From: an uncultured bacterium
GTDB lineage: Bacteria; Bacteroidota; Bacteroidia; Bacteroidales; Bacteroidaceae
Direction: 5' to 3'
DNA: 64,000 nt
Assembly: GCA_905215575.1 (NCBI GenBank)
Contig: CAJMQV010000003.1
Span: forward strand, 11,965 to 75,964
The translations under genes were made by a program, and so were the position numbers. Position 1 is the first letter of the stretch; every line of letters begins with the position of its first letter. Of the stretch, positions 37,165 to 48,441 are shown piece after piece. The notes below the pieces were generated by a model. That model saw only the letters and a program-made list of their open reading frames with translations. It ran no database searches and was not told the origin of the DNA.

Positions 37165-38531
37165 TATTCTTGTGCTTTTTGTTTAAACTCAATGTTGTTG
37201 TAACTTTCCAATACACCGATAGGGGAACTTTCCAGTGAGGCTTCCTTAAAGGCATAGAAAACAAAGCCCTCTAATGAAGTACCGGAAGAACGTCCGTTAT
37301 CCTTGAATGTGAGAATTCGTGGAGACAACTGTTTGGCTTCACTGACAATTCCGGCTGTTTCGGTCATGAACATGGTTCCCTGATCCGGGTTCCATGGGCA
37401 GAGATACAGGTAAGCGTTTACTTTTTCACCGCTTTCATAAGTCAGCTGTACTGCGGTAAGGAACTGTGTACGGAACTCCAGCATACCGGTAATTTTGTTG
37501 TAAAGTGCTTTGGTTTCCACTTTCATGCTTCCGCAAGGGATTTTTACAGACAGGGTGTCGCTTTCGTTCAGACGGGTGAACTCAATGCTTACCGTGGTGT
37601 CTTGGCGTTCAAACATATAACTGTAGCTGGCTTCCCATTCATTGTCTGTGTAGAATTCGATCGGAACCCAATAATCAGGACGTTCGTACTGCAAGACAAC
37701 AGAAGCATCCTCTGTGGCTATGAATTTCTTATTGCTTTCATCCCAAGTGAATTCACTTACGTTGGTATTGTTTACTGTAAGCGGTTCAAACAGACGGATA
37801 CCTTTGTCTGTATAGGCGAAAGAAGTTTTTTGGGTGCTTTCCTTGCCATTGCCATCGGTTTGACTGATGAGCAGCACATTTGACTGAGAGTAGATGTTCT
37901 TGTTGAAAGCATAACCGTTCTGATAACCTACGAGTGTAGCATACTCGGCACTCTCTTCGCGAACTTTCTTGCAGCCGTTCAGGTAAGTATCCCAATTTAC
38001 ATCCTCAGCCATTCGTTTCATGGTCAGGATTGTATTGTGCTTCTTTCCTTTCAAGGTAATGGCTTCTGGAGTAGCATTGGTAATGACAAACTCGAAATCT
38101 CCTTCCAGACCGTCGGCGTCGAACACACCTTTCGGCTCTGACCAATAATGAATCAGCGCATTATAGGTGCTGAATGATAGGGTAGGACCCTGGTCCTTTA
38201 GCAAAGAAAATTTTGAAGTGACACGTTCGCCCACCTCTATGGCTTTAGCTTCTCCATAGCCTCTGACGCGTGTATCTGAGGCGATAGTAACATCTTCTCC
38301 TTCGAATTTCATAAGAAGAACCACACCACCGATGTCGTGCATCTCACCGCCGGCATAATATTCCAATAACCATCCGTTGGGAGCTTCAGTCAGAATCTTC
38401 CGATATTCCTTCAGACTGGTTTCAACGCGTTGTCCGGGATCCTCGCTGAAAATCTCTTCTTCGCTGAAGAAGCAGGATTGCATCAGCAGGGTAATCATGA
38501 ATAAACAACTGATTAAACTATATTTTCTCAT
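37164..38531 (-). CDS. DUF4302-family lipoprotein
   Basis: lipobox MQSC; L..APNGW, GPTLSFSTYN..IH, EGDFEF. Confidence 0.82.
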   Translation of the reverse strand: MRKYSLISCLFMITLLMQSCFFSEEEIFSEDPGQRVETSLKEYRKILTEAPNGWLLEYYAGGEMHDIGGVVLLMKFEGEDVTIASDTRVRGYGEAKAIEVGERVTSKFSLLKDQGPTLSFSTYNALIHYWSEPKGVFDADGLEGDFEFVITNATPEAITLKGKKHNTILTMKRMAEDVNWDTYLNGCKKVREESAEYATLVGYQNGYAFNKNIYSQSNVLLISQTDGNGKESTQKTSFAYTDKGIRLFEPLTVNNTNVSEFTWDESNKKFIATEDASVVLQYERPDYWVPIEFYTDNEWEASYSYMFERQDTTVSIEFTRLNESDTLSVKIPCGSMKVETKALYNKITGMLEFRTQFLTAVQLTYESGEKVNAYLYLCPWNPDQGTMFMTETAGIVSEAKQLSPRILTFKDNGRSSGTSLEGFVFYAFKEASLESSPIGVLESYNNIEFKQKAQE

Positions 38532-38540
38532 AACTGTTCC

Positions 38541-39425
38541 TTAATTAATGTTTTCTAGATCCAGATTGTGAATTTCGCTGCAACGACGCTGCACAACACT
38601 GCGAAGCTCGTCCATGTCAATGTTCCAGGATTCCTGCATATATGTTTTGACCAACTCCAGTTTTCGGGTGACTAACTGGGCACCTTCTTCACCGCAATCC
38701 TTCAGCATGGCATCCCATGAGGCCTGGTCTTGAGTGATGTAGGTTGACAAGGTCTCTGCAAAGTCCTCATCAGGCTGTTCCATGGCATATGGAGTTACGA
38801 AACCTCTCTTGTGCGCTGTAGAATCGGCTGTTTCTTCCCATTGTGAACCGATGTAGCCACTTTCGGTGATTGTCTTGAAGTCCGTGCTGTAAGGTTTTGT
38901 CTGATGCAGGATATGTGAGAACTCATGATGCATGACGTGGAAGTAACTGGTATTCAACTGCTCCGGATGCTGGATATAATTGTCTATATAGTTTACATTA
39001 TAGAGCATAACCTTCATACCACCTTCTGCGGTACCCAGCATCTCGGTTTGGGTGTCGGCATTATAGGCCGATGAACCGATGAGCATGATCTGTTTGGGCA
39101 CATAAGTACGCATGAAGTCGATTCCGGCAACTTCGTCATAGGCTTCCAGCCAGACATATTTTACGATTTTTGAAAGTTTGATGGCATTCTCTGTCTTTAC
39201 CGGAGCCAGATCGTAGGCCAGATTACTTTCGATGTCTTCCCATTTGTATTTTACATCAATGTTATATGGAGCTACATAATTATTCAGCAGCCACTGGTCA
39301 AAAGCATTGCGTTCGGGTGCTGTTGTATCGAAGTTGCTTCCAGGAGTGACTTCGTCCCGGTCGCATGAAGTGGCACCGAAGCAGCAGGCTGCCAAAAACA
39401 GATAACCTATATATTTTCTAATCAT
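38541..39425 (-). CDS. putative zinc-binding metallopeptidase lipoprotein (SusCD-associated)
   Basis: GTAEGG, HHEFSHILHQ, GFVTPYA...EDFAE. Confidence 0.87.
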   Translation of the reverse strand: MIRKYIGYLFLAACCFGATSCDRDEVTPGSNFDTTAPERNAFDQWLLNNYVAPYNIDVKYKWEDIESNLAYDLAPVKTENAIKLSKIVKYVWLEAYDEVAGIDFMRTYVPKQIMLIGSSAYNADTQTEMLGTAEGGMKVMLYNVNYIDNYIQHPEQLNTSYFHVMHHEFSHILHQTKPYSTDFKTITESGYIGSQWEETADSTAHKRGFVTPYAMEQPDEDFAETLSTYITQDQASWDAMLKDCGEEGAQLVTRKLELVKTYMQESWNIDMDELRSVVQRRCSEIHNLDLENIN

Positions 39426-39466
39426 TTGGTTTACTTGTTAATTTGTGATCTGTTATCTATGATATA

Positions 39467-41023
39467 TTATGATCTCGGATTTGCTTCCAGACCGGCTAAT
39501 ATGACATCTGCCGGAAGCTGGATGGCACGACGTGGATCGTCCGCTTTCAACTCATCGGTTACGGTGATTTCCTTGTCTTCGATAATTCTGCGATAGATGG
39601 TAATACCATAACGCTTGATGTCGCCCCAACGCAGACCTTCGTGCAAGGTTGTAATACGACGGGCATGCAGGATGAATTGAATCAGGTTTTCTTGTGTACC
39701 GGCTTCCAATGCAAAATCCGGATGAAGTTCCTTCTTGACAGTCGGTTCAGTCGGTGTGTAATAAGCAATATTGCCGTAGAACTGATTGATGTTTTCTTCT
39801 GTCAGCTGTACCTTGGAAGTGGTATAGGCGTTCAGCCAGCACTGCATGTCGGCAATGGCCTTGGTGTACTGTTTGGTCAGTGCATAGGCTTCTGCGCGGA
39901 CGAGTAAGGTTTCGTCGGTGTTGAAGGCTGAACTGATGATATTATAATAACCGTTGCCCAAAACCGGATCGGTATACTCCATATAATAGAGCGGGAACTT
40001 TCTGAACACCACTTTAGGAATGCTGGTATAGTCTGCCGGCTGCTGTTTCAGAGTGCTGGTGCAATCTCCCCAAACTCCGGTTGAGCTGCAAGTTTCTGTT
40101 TCTGCAATCGTCGGGTTGTGGCAATAACGGTTTGAGGTTGTCAACGGACCGTTGTAAAGTCCCCAGAAAGAACGTGAGGTTATCAATAACAGGTTTGCCT
40201 GTTCTGTGGTGCTGATATAGGCGTTAGGCTGATGATCTTCATTTAAAGATAACTTACCCAAGGCTTCCCAGTCACGCAGCACCAGACTGGCATTGTCGCC
40301 CAAAACTACGTTGGCACATTCAATGGCACGTTCGTATTTTCCATAATACAAATAGAAACGTGCAGCAAAGGCAAAAGCAGCTTTTCGGTTGAAGTGATAT
40401 TTGGGTACGCTGTAATTGTTGTCATTAATCAAAGCAAGACCTTCTTCGATATCTTTGGCAATCTTTTCGTAAGTCTGACCGATGGTGCCGCGCTCATAGC
40501 TTGGATTGACCGTAGTTTCCGGCTTGGTGCTGTAAGGAATACCCAATGCAGTATTCTGATTGCTGGCAGTCCAGGCATTGCAGAAAATGTAGCTCAGCAT
40601 GAAGTGTCCGTAAGCACGACACAAAAGAGCTTCACCTTTCTGTGCTTTCAAATCTTCGGTGTCACCCAATTTCTCGATAGCTTCCAGAGCATGATTGCTG
40701 ACGGCAACGGCTTTATAGCATGCTTCCCAATAAGCACCCGGACTGTCGTTACCGGATTCTTTTGTATCTTTCCAATGATAAACCTCTTCTGAAAGACGGT
40801 CTAACTCCATATTTCTGGAACCGTTGTCATCTGTATTGTCTGATGAAAATTCTGCCAGCATATTCCAATTGGCAGTGGGATAGGCATCCACAAGCACCTT
40901 ACTGATCTTTTCAGGTGTATTCAATTCTGTACGGTTATCAGGCATTGTATCCAGAAAGTCGTTGCATGATGAGCATGCAAACAGAATAGATGGAACAACG
41001 ATTGCTTGCAATATTTTTTTCAT
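39467..41023 (-). CDS. RagB/SusD-family lipoprotein
   Basis: lipobox SSC, GEALLCRAY, EGLRWGDIKRY. Confidence 0.92.
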   Translation of the reverse strand: MKKILQAIVVPSILFACSSCNDFLDTMPDNRTELNTPEKISKVLVDAYPTANWNMLAEFSSDNTDDNGSRNMELDRLSEEVYHWKDTKESGNDSPGAYWEACYKAVAVSNHALEAIEKLGDTEDLKAQKGEALLCRAYGHFMLSYIFCNAWTASNQNTALGIPYSTKPETTVNPSYERGTIGQTYEKIAKDIEEGLALINDNNYSVPKYHFNRKAAFAFAARFYLYYGKYERAIECANVVLGDNASLVLRDWEALGKLSLNEDHQPNAYISTTEQANLLLITSRSFWGLYNGPLTTSNRYCHNPTIAETETCSSTGVWGDCTSTLKQQPADYTSIPKVVFRKFPLYYMEYTDPVLGNGYYNIISSAFNTDETLLVRAEAYALTKQYTKAIADMQCWLNAYTTSKVQLTEENINQFYGNIAYYTPTEPTVKKELHPDFALEAGTQENLIQFILHARRITTLHEGLRWGDIKRYGITIYRRIIEDKEITVTDELKADDPRRAIQLPADVILAGLEANPRS

Positions 41024-41053
41024 TTTCTTTTTTTATACTTTGTAATACACTTG

Positions 41054-44000
41054 TTAAATTCCTAATCTAAGAGTAAAGGTAAACTGACGGGGTACTGGTG
41101 AAGCAACACCACCGGAGTTGATGAATTCCGGATCTTGTCCGTTCAGTTTCTTGTCTGCATAGAGAAGGCAAAGGTTGGTTGCCTGTAATTTTGCTGACAG
41201 GCTGGATATCTTCAGAGTAGAGCAGATCTTTTTCGGAAAATCATAGTTCAAAGAGATTTCCTTCAGACGGATGAATCCTCCGTCGGCTACTCTTTCTGTT
41301 GAATAGTTATAGGCATTGTATGCCGTTGCGAGCTGAGTATTGTTATAATACTGACGGTAGCTCAATATGGTTGGAATAGTAGTATACTTCTCATCGCCCG
41401 GTTTCATCCAGCGGTTCTGGAACTCGCGTGAAGTAGCGGTAAGGTCGGTATATTTAGCGCTGAATACAGGGTCCAGACGAACAACATTACCGCCAGAGTA
41501 GGTGATGTAGACATTCAGACGGAAGTTCTTGTAAGAGAAAGTATTTCCTAAACTACCGCTGAAAGTCGGGTCGGTCGGTCCTTCATACTTCAACCAAGAG
41601 AAGTCGTCGCTGTATTGGAAACTCAGATCTGTACTGGTTATCTCACCCTTTTCGTTATAGAATGTCGGGATACCGTTTTCGTCCAAGCCTGCAAATGGAA
41701 TAGAGAACAATCCTCGGTGTGGGTAACCCACCATGGTGAATCCGGTACCGCTCACATAGTCCATTGTAGAAGCGATGGCATTCAGTTGGGTTACTTCATT
41801 CTTATAAACAGAATAGATGAAGTCTGTTGTCCATCTGAAGTTCTTGTTCTGAATGTTGGTTGAAGAGATGCTCAATTCAAAACCATGTGATTTCATGGCT
41901 GCAACATTGGCATATTTGGAAATTTCTCCTCCAACACCCTGAGTTCTTGTTGTTCCGATCAAATCATGGTTGTCGCGAGTATAGAAATCCATGCTGGTGT
42001 TGATTCTATTGTCGAACAGACCGATTTCCACACCGACATTGAACTCAGTTTTCTTTTCATAAGTCAGATCGTCGTTTGCCAGCATAACCAGTTCCAAACC
42101 GCTTTCCTGAGTTCCGGTCATTGGGCGGAATGGGTTGTAGCTTGAGAATATTGCTGTAGAGTTGGTCAAATTCGGACCACGGTCTCCGGTCAGTGAGTAT
42201 GACAGCTTCAGAGAAGCGGTAGATACAACATCTTTTATTGGAGCGAAGAATTTTTCCTGATCCAGATTCCATCTACCGGAGATGTTCCATGTAGGCAACC
42301 AGCGTGCTGAACGTGAACGTCCCAGTTGGTTTGTACCCTCGTAACGTACAGTACCGTTTACAGAATATCTCTGCTGGTAGGCGTAGTTGGCATTGAGGAA
42401 GAAGGCGGCACTTCTGGAATGAGTGTGTGACAGACCGTAATAGCTGGTTCCCTGCTCAATAGCCTGCTTGAAATACTGATAGATATAGAATGGAGTTTCT
42501 CCCATTTCATATTGCATACCGATACCATTGAAGGTAGAATAGTCGTAGTCGGTAGCATTGGTTTCCATACCTCCGTATACATTAGTCAAGTGGTCGTCTT
42601 TCCACAGACGGTTCCAAGAGAATGAAGTACGGAAATCAAATCCTTTGGTCTTATAGTCTGTGCGGCGATAGATACCTCCTTCCGGCAGTACACTGATAGG
42701 AAGGTCGTAAGGATGATCCGGATCCGGGTACAGTTTGTCATTGGCATCGATGATGATGGAGTTGTCCATAGCACGGTAGGCGTTAGCCTGATTGGATTCA
42801 TCCTTGATGAAATGCTCGTTGTCTATCGTATTATATTTCAAAGCACCCAAAACACTTAATTCCAATTCTTTCACGGGGGCCCATTTCAATTCTGTCTGGA
42901 ATTTCAAGTCGACCGTATTCAGTTCGATATAGTTATTATCCAGTTCCTTGAAGATGTTGAAGTCTGCATAGTTGCGACGATAAGTCTCCTTTGGATCAAG
43001 TGTGCGTGAAGAGTTCAGTGCATAAGAATAGGGGTTAATGTCAAAATCACGGCTGATTTCTCCATCTACCAGATTCACAGCCTGACTGGAAGTTCCCGGG
43101 GCCTCCTGTTTTCTGTATGCTGCGTTGCTGAGCAGGTTCAAAGTTACTTTTTTACCTAGCTTATAAGATGTGTTTAAGTTAGCGGTATAGCGCTGCACTC
43201 CACTTTTCAGATACCATCCCGGATCGTTCATCAAACTCAGTGAAGCATAATAGGTAGCTTTGTCACTACCAGATGACACACTGATAGAGTGGTTTTGCAT
43301 GACTGAATTGCTGAATAACTCATCAAACCAGTCTGTATTTCTTTGTTCTGCCTGTTGCAGATAAGCGTTGCGTGCTTCGACTGTATTTGCCAGGGCAAAC
43401 TGTCCGGTTGTCGGATCATAAGTATTAATCAGCTGCCACATTTTTCCATAAACTCCGCTGTTAGGAGCGTTGTACAGACCGTTTGTGTTGTCACCAGAAA
43501 AGTTCAGCCAACCTTTTGCGGCCATTTCCCGATATACATCCATCTGATCTTTGGAGTTCATGATATTATAATTATTGTAGCTGGGCTTCATGCGTGTGGT
43601 AAATTCTCCCGTATAATTGATACGGCTTACACCGGCTTTACCTTTTTTGGTTGTAATGACGATGACGCCGGCCATAGCTCGAGCTCCATAAATAGAGGTT
43701 GCAGAACCGTCCTTCAGAATCTGGAAACTTTCAATGTCATCAGCATTCAGTCCGGCAATGGCAGAACTTAACAAAGTTTCCACGTCACCTGTTGCCAACT
43801 CGTCGGCACCAATGTTGATCACATCTTCTTGAATCACACCATCTACGACCCACAAAGGTCTGCTGCTTCCGTAAATAGATGTCGCACCACGAACTCTGAT
43901 TTTAGGAGCAGATCCGAAGGTTCCTGATACGTTCTGTACAGATACACCGGCTGCTCTTCCTTCCAATGAGCGGCTGATATCTGCCATTCCGTCTATTTTC

Positions 44001-44386
44001 ATTTTCTCGGCATCAATCTTTACCGTTGCACCGGAGAAAAGACGTTTGTCCATTTTCTGCATACCGGTGACTACGACTTCGTTCAGATTCTTTTTCTCAG
44101 ATCGAAGCACGACTTTTATATTTTCCTGAATAGGAACTGTCTGGGTATTGAAACCCATGTAGAAAATCTCTAAATACTTAGATTCGTTTGGAATGTTTTT
44201 GAGAGTAAAACGTCCGTTAAGATCCGTAACAACACCCAATGAGGTGCCTTTGACTTTAATTGTGGCTCCCATAAGCGGCTCGTTGAAGTCACCGTCGATA
44301 ACGACACCAGATGCCTTCTTCTGTGCCCAAGAGCTATGGCTAAAAGCCAAAAGGGCAAAAAGAAATAGTAAAACTTTGTGTTTCAT
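41054..44386 (-). CDS. SusC/RagA-family TonB-dependent transporter
   Basis: EVVVTG, IRVRG, LKDGSATSIYGARA..GVIVITTK; start taken at MKHKVLL. Confidence 0.95.
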   Translation of the reverse strand: MKHKVLLFLFALLAFSHSSWAQKKASGVVIDGDFNEPLMGATIKVKGTSLGVVTDLNGRFTLKNIPNESKYLEIFYMGFNTQTVPIQENIKVVLRSEKKNLNEVVVTGMQKMDKRLFSGATVKIDAEKMKIDGMADISRSLEGRAAGVSVQNVSGTFGSAPKIRVRGATSIYGSSRPLWVVDGVIQEDVINIGADELATGDVETLLSSAIAGLNADDIESFQILKDGSATSIYGARAMAGVIVITTKKGKAGVSRINYTGEFTTRMKPSYNNYNIMNSKDQMDVYREMAAKGWLNFSGDNTNGLYNAPNSGVYGKMWQLINTYDPTTGQFALANTVEARNAYLQQAEQRNTDWFDELFSNSVMQNHSISVSSGSDKATYYASLSLMNDPGWYLKSGVQRYTANLNTSYKLGKKVTLNLLSNAAYRKQEAPGTSSQAVNLVDGEISRDFDINPYSYALNSSRTLDPKETYRRNYADFNIFKELDNNYIELNTVDLKFQTELKWAPVKELELSVLGALKYNTIDNEHFIKDESNQANAYRAMDNSIIIDANDKLYPDPDHPYDLPISVLPEGGIYRRTDYKTKGFDFRTSFSWNRLWKDDHLTNVYGGMETNATDYDYSTFNGIGMQYEMGETPFYIYQYFKQAIEQGTSYYGLSHTHSRSAAFFLNANYAYQQRYSVNGTVRYEGTNQLGRSRSARWLPTWNISGRWNLDQEKFFAPIKDVVSTASLKLSYSLTGDRGPNLTNSTAIFSSYNPFRPMTGTQESGLELVMLANDDLTYEKKTEFNVGVEIGLFDNRINTSMDFYTRDNHDLIGTTRTQGVGGEISKYANVAAMKSHGFELSISSTNIQNKNFRWTTDFIYSVYKNEVTQLNAIASTMDYVSGTGFTMVGYPHRGLFSIPFAGLDENGIPTFYNEKGEITSTDLSFQYSDDFSWLKYEGPTDPTFSGSLGNTFSYKNFRLNVYITYSGGNVVRLDPVFSAKYTDLTATSREFQNRWMKPGDEKYTTIPTILSYRQYYNNTQLATAYNAYNYSTERVADGGFIRLKEISLNYDFPKKICSTLKISSLSAKLQATNLCLLYADKKLNGQDPEFINSGGVASPVPRQFTFTLRLGI

Positions 44387-44408
44387 AAGTTTTTTGATAG
44401 TAGGTATT

Positions 44409-44444
44409 ATAAAGGTGAGGGAGATCAACTCCCTCACACTTTAT
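44409..44444 (-). terminator. intergenic hairpin upstream of susC (terminator or RNA stabiliser)
   Basis: GTGAGGGAG-atcaa-CTCCCTCAC flanked by ATAAAG/CTTTAT. Confidence 0.5.
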
Positions 44445-44465
44445 CATATTAATAAGAATAGATTT

Positions 44466-47400
44466 TTATTTCACGAGTACTTTTTGTACCGTTGTTTGGT
44501 TTCCTTGTGTCAATTTCACTAAAACAATACCTTTATATCCTGGTACAGTCAGCTTGGTGTTTTCTGAGCAGACTGCACTATTCAACAATGCACCATTCAT
44601 ACCAATCAGTTCAACTTTAGCTTCTGATGCACCGGCGATGCTGATTTCATGTCCTTGACAAGAAATCTGGATCTTTTGAGAATCCTGTGCGTCATTAATA
44701 CCAGAGGTGATGTCCAGATGAGCCTGAGCTGCATTGATATATTTTCCACTGTTGCCGTCAATCATCATGACTACCACTTTACAAGAGTTTGCATCATTAT
44801 ATTTAATAGCACTGTTGGTAGTGGTGATTGTAGCTTCGTAAGTGTTTCCAGCTTCTACATCAGCAGGGATATATCCACCGGTACCGTTGAATGATGTACC
44901 GATACATCCTAATGCTACATGGTCGAAATAATATGGAACGACCTCGGCTTTACCATAAATACCGCCCTTACCCCATTCTCCTAAGGCTGGAGAAGTTTCG
45001 TTGGCTTTATAGTTTGACTGGTATCCTACCAGATTGTCTTCCATAATAACGGCAAAGAGGTAGATGTTGGTTTCCTTTTCATTCAAGGCAAATTTTACTT
45101 TGCATGGAATATCCAAACGCTGAGTGTTGGCATCGTATGTAGCGGTAATGTTGATATCCGCATTGGTTTCTACATTGAATTCCTGGGCTACAACGTCAGA
45201 CCAAAGAGGATCAGAGCCTTCCGGAGCGTTGAATACATAGTCTGTACCCGAAGTGGTAGTAATTGATGCCATTGGATAGTAAACACCTTTTCGGTTGATG
45301 TTTGCGCTTGGAGCACCGGCGCTACTGCCAAACAAGAATGTTTCGTAAGCACCCAGTCCGTTAGCATATGGATCACCGGAGTAGGTGTGGATAGCGATCG
45401 GAAGAACCAAATCTCCATATTGTTTTTCCAGACGTTCCAAAGTCAAGTGTCCTAACGGGCAGTTACCGCAACCCATTCCGGTGTACTCTTCGATGACAAC
45501 TCTCTTTTCTGGTTTGAAAGCCAGGTTACTGATTTCTGATTTGAATTCAGTTTTTTCTTCACCGGCAGTTACGCTGATCTGGTAGCTGTTCTTATATCCG
45601 ATTTTCAAAGGCAGTGGTTTAGTAAACTCAAAGTTATAAACATCACCTGCTTCCAGATTCAGATCTGTTTTTTCTATGGTTTCGATGACATTGTTGTCTG
45701 CATCTTTCAAAGATAAGGTCATGTTTTGTACCGGATCGCCGGATTTTATCAAAACACGTCCTTTAATCTGGATATTTTCGGCTTTGATAACCTGTTCTTC
45801 GTTATCGATGGCAACCAGAAGATTCATATTGTGAACCACTTTCATGTCATCAACCATAATTACGCTTTGAGCCTTATTGTTGTTCCAGAAAGCAATATAA
45901 ACATTCTTTCCTGCAAATTCGTCCAGTTTCACAGTACGGAAAGTCCAGTCGTCTTTCAGTTTGTCTTCACTTGCTCCCGGAGTTTCGCGTTCGCAATATA
46001 CAACTTTACCCTTAGTCTTGAATTCTTCAACGATTTCCGGTGTCAAGGCATTGATCAGTTCGTCTTTCTCCAGAATTACAACTCTCAGCGTGTCTTCTTT
46101 TGCGGCTTTATAGCTTTGAGCATTGAATGTCAGTACACATTTGTTATCCGGGATAAACAATTGAGAAGTAGACATCCAGTCATCGGCTCTTCCATTTACA
46201 TCGCTATAGCTTGAGTTTGAACCGGCACTGAGATTATTTGCGTCATCCTCATCCCAGATTGGCATCCATGGAGTTTTCTCCTGTTCAAATCCCAAATCTT
46301 GCATTTCAGAAGAAGGGGTCAATTTATCATTGTCGAGCAGCAGCATATCGCCGACACCGGCATCAAAGTTATTTTGATAGATCAAAGTATCATTCACTTC
46401 GATAGTACGTTCATAAGAACCAATATAGGTAACAGTATCTGCTACATTACCGTTTCCGCCAGCAATATCTGTTACGGAACCTGCTTTCAAGACAACTTTA
46501 TAGTTGCTACCTTTATATAAATATTGTCCCTGAGTTGGGTATACGGCAACCTTATTTTCGGATACACCGACAGCCATACTGCAAATAGCTTCTTCTCGGC
46601 CTTCGATATAGAGTGCTGCAGAGGCGGTATCTGTAGTTGCAACCGGACAGTCGAATGTAAAGACAATCGGGTTTGAACTGTAATTTATTTGTGATACCTT
46701 AGAATTTCTATTTGGAGAAACGCCAGTAATGGCAACCGGTACGTTTTCTCTTCCTAAATAAGAAACCTTAATAGCGTCATTGGTCTTGCTCTTGTCATCT
46801 TTCAAAGCAATACATCCGGCCGGAATATTCAATGTATAAGTTTCTCCTGCATTCAGAAGACTGGAGCGGAATGTTACTTCCACTTCCTTGCTAGAACCGG
46901 TAACCAGCGCAAATTTCAGAATTTTAGGAGCGCTGCCTTTATCTCCCTTGAATGAGATGTCTGACAGACTTCCAAGAACCTGAATATCCTTGTCGAAACT
47001 GATACGAATGTTCTTGATCAGTGAGAAGGTTGATCCGTTTGCCGGAGTAATTGTGTAATTTTTCAGCAGATTTATCTTTTCGGTGCTGGTTTCCAATGCT
47101 TCAGGAACATCAACTACATAATTCTTATATAATAACGGGTCTGCTTGTACAGCAATAGTCAGTCCGTCATCAGAAATGGCAATAGGAGTTCCTGTTGTAT
47201 TGTATCCCGTGTTCTTGGTGTAATCCATTCCATAGTGCTGAGACAGGATTTCTGAAAAGTCATACCAATATCCACCTTGACGGATGCTCCATTCACGGAT
47301 GGCGTTTCCTGCCGGAGAGGCTGCCAATACGGTTCCGTTATTGCTAATGGTATATCCGGCATAGTCACGGGTATAGGTTTCGTTATAAAGTTCAAATTTC

Positions 47401-48278
47401 TTGGTTGCTATTTCGTATTTGAAGGGAAGGCGGAATTCTGATCCGTCCTGAACCATGTAAGCGATACCGGTTACATAGGTTCCTTTGTTATCCATAAAAG
47501 CATCATCAATAAAAAGCAATCCTTCTACTTCTGGAGTCCATTTCCAGTTCTCTTTATCTACGGTAAATCCGATTGGATTCCAGTCCTGAGTTTCGCGGTC
47601 GTATACATAATAGAAGATATCTACCGGTTGCAGATAGCTGAATGAGTTACAACCTAAGATATATCTTCCGTCGGCAGAGATCTTTTTCAGTCTGCTTTGA
47701 TTGTTGTTTGTACCGGTCATACCCTTTTCTGGTAAGTTGGGTACTTCTATCAGTTTTCCTCCGGCTGAAATATCCCACATGGCAGGACCTTCGGCATAAG
47801 AGTCTTCGATGTCCGCATTACCGGTGGCAGTACCTACCGCATACTTTCCGTCAGGAGTGATCGAATTGATGCAGCCGTTGCTCCATTTGTCAGGAGTGGA
47901 AACTCCGGCCCATCTTTTTTGGCTGACTATGTAGAAGGCTGGTTTGCCTCCCTGACTACCAACAACGATACTTCCGTCGTTTGTAACATCCAAGGCCTGG
48001 AATTCGTTGACAACGCTTGGATCTTCTTTATTGAAAAGGTCAGTTGTTGTGTTTGTGCTTAAGTCGATCAATTTCGGATAAGCTCTTTTTGAGTCATCTG
48101 ATGGGCTTTTGGCATCAGCTACTGCCCATTTACCATTGTCCGACATGTTTTGAATCATCGCCCCATCTTCATAAGAAAATAGATGAAACGTGGGTTTCTC
48201 CGTGTTTTGTGCTCCTCCTCTTATCGTTCCCGTGAACAGGCACAATAATAGAAGCGGTTTTAAAAATACCTTTTTCAT
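44466..48278 (-). CDS. large T9SS-type cargo: beta-propeller-like region, Ig-like (Big_5) and cleaved-adhesin-like domains, C-terminal Omp28-like CxxC domain
   Basis: signal peptide; ADDWMST...LDEFAGKNVYIAF; VVIEEYTGMGCGNCP. Confidence 0.8.
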   Translation of the reverse strand: MKKVFLKPLLLLCLFTGTIRGGAQNTEKPTFHLFSYEDGAMIQNMSDNGKWAVADAKSPSDDSKRAYPKLIDLSTNTTTDLFNKEDPSVVNEFQALDVTNDGSIVVGSQGGKPAFYIVSQKRWAGVSTPDKWSNGCINSITPDGKYAVGTATGNADIEDSYAEGPAMWDISAGGKLIEVPNLPEKGMTGTNNNQSRLKKISADGRYILGCNSFSYLQPVDIFYYVYDRETQDWNPIGFTVDKENWKWTPEVEGLLFIDDAFMDNKGTYVTGIAYMVQDGSEFRLPFKYEIATKKFELYNETYTRDYAGYTISNNGTVLAASPAGNAIREWSIRQGGYWYDFSEILSQHYGMDYTKNTGYNTTGTPIAISDDGLTIAVQADPLLYKNYVVDVPEALETSTEKINLLKNYTITPANGSTFSLIKNIRISFDKDIQVLGSLSDISFKGDKGSAPKILKFALVTGSSKEVEVTFRSSLLNAGETYTLNIPAGCIALKDDKSKTNDAIKVSYLGRENVPVAITGVSPNRNSKVSQINYSSNPIVFTFDCPVATTDTASAALYIEGREEAICSMAVGVSENKVAVYPTQGQYLYKGSNYKVVLKAGSVTDIAGGNGNVADTVTYIGSYERTIEVNDTLIYQNNFDAGVGDMLLLDNDKLTPSSEMQDLGFEQEKTPWMPIWDEDDANNLSAGSNSSYSDVNGRADDWMSTSQLFIPDNKCVLTFNAQSYKAAKEDTLRVVILEKDELINALTPEIVEEFKTKGKVVYCERETPGASEDKLKDDWTFRTVKLDEFAGKNVYIAFWNNNKAQSVIMVDDMKVVHNMNLLVAIDNEEQVIKAENIQIKGRVLIKSGDPVQNMTLSLKDADNNVIETIEKTDLNLEAGDVYNFEFTKPLPLKIGYKNSYQISVTAGEEKTEFKSEISNLAFKPEKRVVIEEYTGMGCGNCPLGHLTLERLEKQYGDLVLPIAIHTYSGDPYANGLGAYETFLFGSSAGAPSANINRKGVYYPMASITTTSGTDYVFNAPEGSDPLWSDVVAQEFNVETNADINITATYDANTQRLDIPCKVKFALNEKETNIYLFAVIMEDNLVGYQSNYKANETSPALGEWGKGGIYGKAEVVPYYFDHVALGCIGTSFNGTGGYIPADVEAGNTYEATITTTNSAIKYNDANSCKVVVMMIDGNSGKYINAAQAHLDITSGINDAQDSQKIQISCQGHEISIAGASEAKVELIGMNGALLNSAVCSENTKLTVPGYKGIVLVKLTQGNQTTVQKVLVK

Positions 48279-48317
48279 AATTGCATTATTTTTAATGGTC
48301 ATTTAGTTTTTCGGCTA

Positions 48318-48409
48318 CAAAAGTACAACAAATTTTTATGTTAGATTAAATAAAATAAGAAAAAACTATTATTTTTGTGCGGGTTTTCAATAAAATAATA
48401 CTACTTTTG
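48318..48409. promoter_or_regulatory. divergent promoter pair
   Basis: TACTTTTG on the minus strand (48318-48325) and on the plus strand (48402-48409). Confidence 0.65.
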
Positions 48410-48441
48410 CGCCGTAAAAGAATAAATTTGTCAAATACAAA

